64,000 nt of DNA from Antedon mediterranea (taxonomy: Eukaryota; Animalia; Echinodermata), in contig NC_092670.1 of the NCBI RefSeq assembly GCF_964355755.1, positions 3,338,201 through 3,402,200 of the forward strand, in the 5' to 3' direction. The notes below the pieces were generated by a model. That model was not told the origin of the DNA. It searched no databases and saw only the letters and a list, made by a program, of their open reading frames with translations. Made by a program: the position numbers and the translations under genes. This document shows, piece by piece, positions 1 through 10,200 of the stretch; the first letter of the stretch is position 1; each line of letters opens with the position of its first letter.

Positions 1-890
1 TTTTTCTAGCCTAGAATAATGGCTTGAAACGTATCTCTTATTTTCTATTTTAGGGAACACCCTAAAATATCGATTTTCAATGAATCCTTGATAGCAAAGC
101 CTGTACTAATTCATGTATTTCACTAGCGTGATAACAGAGTACGACACTTAGCTTCGTTATCTTTGTTTTTTAGTAGTTCCATTGATGAATTCTAGGAACG
201 TATCGGTTTCTATCCTAGTCAGTCTTTTTCTAGCCTAGAATAACGGCTTGAAACGTATCTCTTAATTTCTATTTTAGGGAACACCATAAAATATCGATTT
301 TCAACGAATCCTTGATAGCAAAGCCTGTACTAATTCATGTATTTCACTAGCGTGATAACAGAGTACGACACTTAATAGCTTTATTATCTTTGTTTCTTAG
401 TAGTTCAACTGGGGAATTCTAAGAACGTATCGGTTTCTATTCTAGTTAGTCTTTTTCTAGCCTAGAATAACGGCTTGAAACGTATCTCTTAATTTCTATT
501 TTAGGGAACACCCTAGAATAGCGGCTTGAAACGTATCACTTAATTTCTATTTTAGAGAACACCCTAAAATATCGATTTTCAACGAATCCTTGATGGCAAA
601 GCCTGTACTAATTCATGTATTTCACTAGCCTGATAACAGAGTACGACACTTAGCTTCGTTATCTTTGTTTTTTAGTAGTTCCATTGATGAATTCTAGGAA
701 CGTATCGGTTTCTATCCTAGTCAGTCTTTTTCTAGCCTAGAATAACGGCTTGAAACGTATCTCTTAATTTCTATTTTAGGGAACACCATAAAATATCGAT
801 TTTCAACGAATCACTGATAGCAAAGCCTGTACTAATTCATGTATTTCACTAGCGTGATAACAGAGTACGACACTTAGCTTCATTATCTTA
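1..890. repeat. Tandem satellite, ~225-bp unit (about 4 copies, continues off the left edge)
   Basis: TTTTTCTAGCCTAGAATAACGGCTTGAAACGTATCTC recurs at ~1, 225, 452 and 727, with a ~50-bp internal duplication in unit 3. Confidence 0.95.
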
Positions 891-2124
891 TCTTATTAAT
901 TAGTTTGAGGTTTAGTGATTTTCTAATATAAATTTTAAGTCATTGTTATTGTAGTGCCATGCGTGATACATATTAGGAAAAGAGTACAATGGAAGTGCAG
1001 AATAGCTCAAAATAAGCAAATTTAAGGTCATAGCCACTGGATAAAAATATCAAGCAAATGAATAAGAAAGATATAGTAGTCCGGGTTAAAAGAACAATTC
1101 AGGTTACATATAATAGAATAAATACAGCATGAGATTATATTATAATATAAGCTGCAACCAGAATGTTTAGAAAGTGGGGGAAAGATAGCTAGGACTATTA
1201 AATTAAGACTATTAATGCTCAAAGCTCAAATTAAGTTAAATACAATTCATGAGAATGTACTTAACTCTGCCAAGCCATACTTAAATGTAACTTTAAGAAA
1301 GTTTGTGATAGATTTTAGTAAGGCTCAGTTGGTAACAAATGGTTGCTCAATATTTCAGGGATTTTAGCACCGTGACTGCAGTGATATATTAGTGGTTGCT
1401 CTACGGTTTTATTTAGCCTAAACATTATTTATAGGTCTTTTTTTTTTTTTTTTTTTTATTTGGTATAACACTCAAAATGCAACAAAAGTTGAAAATCTTA
1501 TGAGTTTACAAAAGGTGCAACAAAAAAAAGATATAAAACTAATAGGCCTATACTAAAATTGACATAAAAACAAAACCAATTAAAACATCATACAAAAATA
1601 TAATATGCACAAATTTTAAATTAATGATTATTAAGATAATATTTTTTCCACTCAGGAATTCTTCAGTTCGTTTCTTGTTGATGTACACACACAACAGTGT
1701 TAAAAGAAATGATGACAATCTGAGGTAGGTGTGTCTCATTAGAGTGCAATGTTGAATGAACTATACCCTAATAGGGGTTGATATGGTTATTTATGTTAGA
1801 ATTCTTGTAATATTTTCCACTCTTCGGGGATTGAGGGGCTATCCAGGTAAGCAGTGGCATAATGCAGAGGGCTGAGGCCCCTGGTTTAGGAAACCTAAGT
1901 GGTCCTCGGCCAACTTCCAATGCTGGAGGCCTTGGACGTTTTAAGCCTTTTTGGCATATTTTAATGCCCATTTTTCCTCTGGGCCCCATAAGCTCCAGTG
2001 ACCCTGGGTTTACCCAGTGAGCACTCATAGCCGCCACTGCAGGTAAGCTGTACTCACAGACTACCAACACCACAGTTGGTTTGTGTAGTCTAACTTGGGT
2101 CATTGAAGGAATGGAAATAAATTA

Positions 2125-2316
2125 TCTAAAATCATCAATGCATTAACTTCAATAATCATTTTCTTTTCATCAAGTCTCTTAATGAATTCATTCATCTTGT
2201 TTCCCACTCTTGAACTTGCTGATTACCAGTTTCATCTTGTTTAAATTTCTTTGGGAATGTTCGTCACACCTTTTAGATACTGTTAACAATTCATTGAAGT
2301 CCAGGGGCTGATAATT
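2125..2316 (-). pseudogene. Possible terminal exon / decayed additional DED-like exon
   Basis: Acceptor ttgttgtag at 2317. Phase-1 reading gives KLSAPGLQ*. Other frames give DFNELLTVSKRCDEHSQRNLNKMKLVI and MNEFIKRLDEKKMI, which resemble the 3654-4201 DED exon. Confidence 0.4.
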
Positions 2317-2971
2317 CTACAACAAAGTAAAGACAAATTGCTATGTTTTTGTTTTTTGTTTTATATATATAAATTTATGATAAATTTGAAAAATATAAGA
2401 AATGGAAAAAAGTTTTTTTTTATTAAAATACTCAAACAATAACTTAATTTTTTAATTCAATAATTAAATTTTGCCATAAAATTTACTGCTGGCCTAGGTA
2501 TCTGTGCGCTCGCATCGCGTGGCTAGCTTATAGGAATGCCTGGAGACGGCGTATAATCTAAGACCACAGCATTGACTTCATATTGCAATGGTCTTAAATC
2601 TAAGACCATCGTTGCCAAGGGTTTCATGGGGTCTTAAGCCTATTCTAAGAGTAGGCTTAAGACCTTTATTGCAATCCACCCCTGATATTTTCGCCCATGA
2701 GTTAGATGTATCTGTATATACCATACTGTAAACAGTCTATAAAATGCCTCAATACAATCAAATAAGAACTGTAACTCACAATTAATAAATATTAATGTGA
2801 ACTAGGAATTACAATTCTGCAATAAAAGTCTAAATAAGTGGAAGGGCTCCTCCCCCAACTCAGAAATTTCTAATTTATGTGTTGGAAATTGTGTTTGTAA
2901 TTGTGTAATAAAAATTATTGCATAATTTGAGTAGAAAATTGACACCACTACCCTATTGACTATAAACATAC

Positions 2972-3016
2972 TTTCTGCATTGCTTGATGGTCCAGCTTTA
3001 CTTCTTGATCGTTTAC
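2972..3016 (-). CDS. 45-nt micro-exon copy 5 downstream of the DED exon (KRSRSKAGPSSNAE)
   Basis: tttttag|45 nt|gtatgt; usable if the 3676 donor is used. Confidence 0.5.
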
Positions 3017-3653
3017 CTAAAAAGAAAGTATTTTAGGACAGTAATTACAATATCCATGTTGATGAATAGTACGAACTATACAACATTTTTTTTAAACTTC
3101 TAAGAGACATTTTGAATTAATCAACAACATAAAATTTTAAGATGTAGTTTGGTTCTTTAACTTTAAAGAACCAAACTCCCGACCAAACTGTAATACAAGT
3201 TGCAAAATGGCATTGAAATCATTCACTAAAGTACCACATCAGAACATAAATCAAACTACAGTTATATCATTGTTATTAAATTATGAAATAGGTGTATACT
3301 TAATTACAAATTAATCTAAATATACTAAATTGAAGAAGTAAATGTTAGGCTACACATTATTTAAGCCAAAGACACTATGGGTTGCAACCATGTTCAATGG
3401 TGTCATTGAAAAAATTAGGTGTATCAATGTGTTATCTCATACTGTAGTAGTTGTGAGGTGTGTTTTGTATATTAAGTTCACATACATTTTACATTATAAA
3501 GTACAAATAAGTAAAATTTGTGTTATTTGTTTGTGCGTCATTGAATTTGAATATATATACGAATGCATTGGAACATAAAAAAAATAATTGTTTAGTATTT
3601 AAAAACATCACAGATCTTCTCATTGTATGATGTAAATTCCACAGCTATATAGA

Positions 3654-4201
3654 TTATGTTAAGATTTGCGCAATACCTTTTAGAACTTGGACAGGCCTTA
3701 TAAGTTGTAGGAGCTTTATGCTGTCAATAAATGGTTGCATATCTTCCTCACAAATTTTGTTTTTTTCCTCAAGGTCCATAATCAAATGCCATTTATCCTC
3801 ATAATTCTGTTTTGCTTCATTAAAATGTGTATTCATTTTCTGCATATCTTTATTGGTTAGACTATCTCCAAACTCTACCAACATCAGTCTGTGTGGAGTC
3901 AACTTTGAAATTACAATATCCCTAACATTTGGGAAGGCTCCGATTTTCTCTTTAATTTTTCTTGCCAATCCAAATTGTTCTGTTACTTTTATGGTTTCAT
4001 AAAACAAAGTTAAGTCATGGCTTGTTAGATGTTCTCTGTCCATTAAGGAATTTAGTAGCTCAGTTGTGTTAGATGCTTCATCTAACACACCAGTTGGCAG
4101 GAGATCTTTATACAAAAGTTTCAGTTTATTGAGCAAAGAACGATGATCATACCACTCTGAACAGTTTACTTTAATAAGTTCAAAGTTAGGATCAGGAATG
4201 T
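3654..4201 (-). CDS. ROCO gene exon: C-terminal tandem DED-like domains
   Basis: ttcatag|NIPDPNFELIKVNCSEWYDHRSLLNKLKLLYKDLL...ELLNSLMDREHLTSHDLTLFYETI...LTPHRLMLVEFGDSLT...KWHLIMDLEEKNKI. Stop at 3654, or alternative phase-1 donor AAG|GTATTG at 3676. Confidence 0.8.
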
Positions 4202-7200
4202 CTATGAAAATAAAAAAAACATATATTTAAAATACTATTACAGGCTAAGAATAAGTATAAAAATTAATATTATGATCAAACAAAAATTTTCTAAAACTTT
4301 TGTCAGAATTTAAAACTATGGTAATGGTAACTTTATAGGAATAGAGTGTAATACATGTTGCAATGATATAATCTTAAATTTATACAATGAAACTGCTAAT
4401 GAAATATTGCAGTCATCAATAAAGCTTTCAAATATTGTTGAATATTAAATTCCACTAGACATTGCAGTAGTATAAGTTTAAAAACTAAACTAAAAATGAA
4501 TACTATCTGCAAATTCTATGCCTAAATTATGTGTTTGTCGGAAATTGTATTAGCTTAAATTGTAGGAAATCAAATTCAGTTAAGAAGGTGACATCCTCAT
4601 TGCACAAATCAATTAGAATATTATTGGCACCCCAATCCTATTGAAATAAACATACTTTCTGCATTGCTTGATGATCCAGCTTCACTTCTTGATTGTTTAC
4701 CTAAAAAGAAAGTATTTTAGGACAGTAATTACAATATACATGTTGATGAATACTATTACTATATACATTTTTTACAATTAATAACATTTTTTAATGTTCT
4801 TGGAGTCAGGTTACAGCGATTCGATGTAGGCCTAATCTTGTCGATGTAATTTACAAGAATCCTGGTCACGGCACCAATATAACATATGATATATTGTTAA
4901 TTCTATATGTTATGTTCCGGACTCCGACTATGAATATAAACACTTCAATACTTTGAATGGCTTTATTCTCACTGAACATTTATGACTACATGTGCTCAAT
5001 TTCATTATCTTTCTTAATCTCTCTATCTGCCGCCCTCGGACGTTATGTCTTATTGTGTATTGAAGGGTTACACTACTACAGATGAACTATCACTGAAATT
5101 ATATGCTATTGGTAATTATTATTAATTATTATTGTATTAAATAATGTTAGAAGTTGTACAAATTTGATTTAATTTAGATTATAATAAATGATGTTACCAC
5201 AATAACCAAGTGACTTTCTAACTTATGTTTGTTGGAAATTTGTTTGTAATTGATTGCCTAAATAAGTAGAATATTAAGATCCCCCACTCCATTGAAATAA
5301 AACATACTTTCTGCATTGCTGGATGGTCCAGCTTTACTTGTTTACCTATAACAATACAGTATAAATTACCATGTTTACTCTCTTTTTATATGGGCCTTAT
5401 TTGTAACATTTATATTTGTAAGAAACATTGTATAGTCAAAGTGAGAATACACAAGGTAATTATCCAGTTTTCGTTATTATTTATTAAGTAATAGACATAA
5501 TTTTAGTTACAAACACAAAAAAACTGTTATATTAATGAATCTCAATTTTGTGACAAGTTTTTGGTTTCAAATTATTTCCGTACATTTAAGACAAGAAACG
5601 ACCTGGTTTAATGTTTTTAAAGTTATATAATGCATTATTTTTACAAAACGTCAAAAATTGCAGGTCTAGTGTCTTTAACAGTAATCTTTATTTTTAATGA
5701 TTTACAGTATGGATAAAACTTATATCGTTAACCATTAATGCAATCAATGCTATAATAAAGGCCATATAGATGGCTGCAGTCGCGTGCTCATTAGTGTTTA
5801 CCGACCGACCGACCAACCTACCAACTGACTGAAATTACTGAACATGTTTAAAAATGTTGAATGTTTAAAAACATTTATATTTTTTTAATTTACACGTGCG
5901 TAGCCCGTCACTTTTGACGTGCTCGTATAACGTATTTTCGAGTGGAAAAGTAAGTCAAGAAAACAGAAATCGGGCAAAAAGAGTGCGCAATAACATTTAA
6001 CGCAAAAATCTGCGCACTCATGGCAATTTTGTAAACGCTTAGAATTGCCTGAAACGTACTCTTATTTCATCGAAAATAAATGTTTGAAAATTTTAAGCGC
6101 GCGTACGCATGCGTTACATGCGCTACACACATAATTGTATTGCCATATGATGATTTATGCCCTGAAATTTATGAGTACCAAATTTTATTTAATTGTGATT
6201 CATGGTTGTGAAGATATGATTACAAACGTGATTTCGTTAAATCGTGCGTACACCGCGTAATTTTTTATTGCGCATCGTGAAAACATAACCACATCGATTC
6301 CTGGCCATAAGGAATATACTGTGAAAAGATTTACACATCTTCTGTTTATAGTATTGTAGTGGTACTGTTTGTAGTCTCTTGATGCTAGCAGAGTATTAAG
6401 AGTTTATAAACGATATATTTAAAATGAGTTATGCATAAGAAAAGGCAACATACCCAAGCTTGAACTAAATTTAAAAGATATCTTTTCTTTTTAATGGTGA
6501 AATACATATTATAAAAAAAATAATCATTATTAAATTGAACATAACCACTGATAATGAATGAAGGATGTTAGTGTTGGTACACTGCTCATGAACTGATTTA
6601 TTACTAAATTGTTGATGTGATATGCAAGACATTGAGTTGCTCTTGTTGAAATTGATTCCTCTGATAGCAGAAGGTGATCAAACTTTTAAACTTGACATTT
6701 CTTAACCTAATACTGTACCCACAACCTTGTTGTTCACATTTACAGCATTTCCTATGCATTTATGGTTTGTCATTGGGCTGTAAGGGTTTTGGTAATATTC
6801 TGTAAAGATGGTAATACATTTTGACAGCAGGTGTACTTTGATACACTAACAGAACTTTCTAAATTATGTGTTTGTAGGAAATTGTATTACTGCAGTAGCA
6901 TAAATTATAGGAAATCCATTTCAGTTTTAAAAAGGTGATGTCCTCATCGGCCAAATCAATTAGAATATTGGCACCCCAACCCTATATTGAAATAAAACAT
7001 ACTTTCTGGATTGCTTGATGATCCAGCTTCACTTCTTGATCGTTTACCTATAAAAAAATTGTGTTTGTAATTGTGTAATAAAAATTATTGCATAATTTGA
7101 GTAGAAAATTGACACCACTACCCTATTGACTATAAAACATACTTTCTGCATTGCTTGATGGTCCGGCTTCACTTCTTGATCGTTTACCTTTTAAAAGAAA

Positions 7201-10200
7201 GTATTTTAAAACAGTAATTACAATATCCATGTTGATGAATACTATTACTATATAACATTTTTTACAATTAACATAATTTTTTCCTGCAAAAAACCAAATT
7301 ACTATAGATGACCTATCAATGAAATTATTTGGATGACCAACAACACGATATGTGTTGGTCCTAGGTAATTACATTAGGAATGGAGCTGTGGCTTGGTGGT
7401 TATGATGCTTGGCTACCAATCTAAGGGTCTTGGGTTCAAGTCATATGTCAGGGTTTTTTTCTCATGACAATTTACAACTCCACTCCCAAAGACTTCATAA
7501 TAAGTCTTTGTCTATGTAGAGCATCTTGTGTATATGTTTGTCTTATATGTTCTAGTGCAGTATATGGAGAGCCATCTCGATAGTGCTTTGCACTCATGGC
7601 AATCCTCAGGGTGCTGCACCGCTGTGTTGTCATGTATTGTTGTGCCTGAAAATTGAATAAAATAAAATAAAAAATAAAATCTAAGTTCTCTATTAAGTTT
7701 GGTTCATATACACATTATACTACTTTAGTGTAAATATCTCAAAATATGCTATTTTAAATTATTATTGTATTAAATAATGTTAGAAGTTTTACAAATTTGA
7801 TTTGAATTTACATTATAATAATTACCACAATAAACAAGTGACATAATTTATGTATTCATGTAGCTTAAAATAACAAGACTTTCTAACTTAGGCGTTACAG
7901 TATAAATTACCATGTTTACTCTTTTTTATATCTAAGTGGGTTTCATTTGTAACATTTATATTTTCAAGAGACATTGCACAGTCAAAGTAAGAATACACAA
8001 GGGTATAGCCAGTTTTGGTTAGCATTTATTAGGTCAGCGTTCCGCAAACTTTTTATTTTACTGCCTAAAATCCGGTTCCCAGGGCCAAACCGCGGCCCAG
8101 CTACCCAGCTGGACCAACGTAATGAAACAAATATAAATAGTCTACTCCCTCAGCCCCACCATGGATGTGATATTAATGAATCTCAATTTTGTAGCAAGTT
8201 TTTGGTTTCAAACTATTTAATAATGATCTTTATTTTGAAAAATCTGATTTTATAGAATCCAGACTAAATGAATTACTGTATGGATAAAACTTGAATTAAT
8301 AACCTAGTGTTAACCATTAATGAAATCAATGCTAAGAAAAATGTATTGGGAGAAAGTTAGCTAAAAACATCAAGATTTACATTTAATTAAACTTTTTCTG
8401 TTCAAATTAGTAGTACTGTTTGTAGTCTTTAATGATCATATTTTTTTGTGTTAAAATAATTTTAGAGAGAGTAATGATTATTATCACTCATTTTTTGTCG
8501 TCTTCACCACTGCCTAGAATGATCAAAATGAGATTTTCAAAAAGATGCTCTTCCTTTATTTTATAGGCATGTATTTAAACATGCTACATAGAGTATGGTC
8601 ATATTGAGGCCAGTGCCCACCTTGACCAGATGAAAGGCATGGGCCAATACGTCTGAGGCAGATACTAGATGCAGGGGCTGCCATAAGAGTCAGCAGTGCT
8701 GATTTCAAATGCCTAACGGGACCCAAACTCCATATACAGCACCCAGTATTCCCAGATGGTCTCCCATCCAAGCTCTAACCAGGCCCAACGTTGCTTAACT
8801 TTGGTGATCTGACGTATAAAGTATAAATAAAATAAAGCAAAAAAAACGCACTTTCAGCTTTTTGCAAACAATTTGAGAATTTCTGCAACACGTGACTGAT
8901 TGGGTTTGAAAATCTACTTGTTCTGAGCGCCGTCTATAAATGTTCTACTTCGTGTTCAAATTTGGAGCACTGCCTTTTTGAATGGCCTACCTTCATGGCC
9001 TAGCATTTGTCAATGATTAGCGATGGATAAATTGAATTTCGGCTCTGCCTCGTTAAAATTAGAGCAGTCAATCTTTCAACTCGTGAAATATTCTCACCAT
9101 CCAACTCATAAATATTCATTATTTGTATATTATTGTACATTTGAAGCGTAAGTTATCCTAATCTTGTTTAGCAGTTTCTAACTGACTCTCTAATTGTTTC
9201 ACACTCTTTACTATAGGGGTAATAAAAATGAATGAAAATACAATTGTCTCTTTTGTTACTCTTACCTTCAAATAGCCGCTTGTAACGTGTAACATCCATA
9301 CTCATATACGTGCCAGTTTTGGAGCATGTCAACTTCTCGGCGTGGAAATCACCAAGATTTTGAATGTGCTTCTGTTCTGATGTATCACTACATACATCAC
9401 AAAGTATGCATCTCTCATATTGAATCCCTCTTCTACCACCATCTTTAGAAGGTTCAAATGACTTCTGGATCGTTAACAAAACCTAAGGATACAAATTGAA
9501 GGTTAATTTCCAAAAACATGCAATTAACACATAAACAATCAGGCCCGTAGCCAGAATGCATCAGAGGGGGGTTTTCTTGACACCAATTATTTTGCGAGCG
9601 CAGTGAGGGCCCCCGGTCGGGGTTCAGGGGCTGAAGGCCCCTGCTGGAAGCTTTGGCTCTCTCTCAAGCAATTTCGGTTGTTTTAATCAGCTTACAGACA
9701 TTTTTTTACCAACTAAAATCTGAGTTATGCAAATAAATTATATAGGCCTAGTACACTACAGCATTCTATAATTGATAATTAATTGCACGATTTTGGAAGT
9801 GGAGCCTTTGTTTTTCAGGGGGAGGGGGGGTGTGTTCGCTGGTATAAGGGGTTTCGTGCAAAAGGGGGACTCCCAAAAAACCTCCCTGGCTACGGGCCTG
9901 ACAATGTAGCACACATTTTTAAAATTTACAATACTAAATAGTTATATAGGAAAAACTAAAACAGTAATAATTGAAATAAATTTCTAAATACAAAGTTAAG
10001 GTGAATTATCACTACTATCCACATTTTACATTTTTCACAAATGTAACAACATTTTTACAATAAGATCTGTCAGCATTACAATAAACCTCATTATTTTTAT
10101 AAAGTTTTAATTGCAGGCATTTAGGTCAAGATTCATGACCATATAAAATTAAAAATAATAAAAATTCAGAGTGTGTAGGCATGAAAATCACTTATAAACT

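Noticed and set aside
2860-7280. Repeated ~45-bp conserved units as a CRISPR-like array
   Set aside because: Eukaryotic context, irregular kb-scale spacing, duplicated flanks and splice signals show they are duplicated micro-exons.
8556-8771. 71-aa ORF MDGRPSGNTGCC...
   Set aside because: It is the translation of 5S rRNA-derived sequence.
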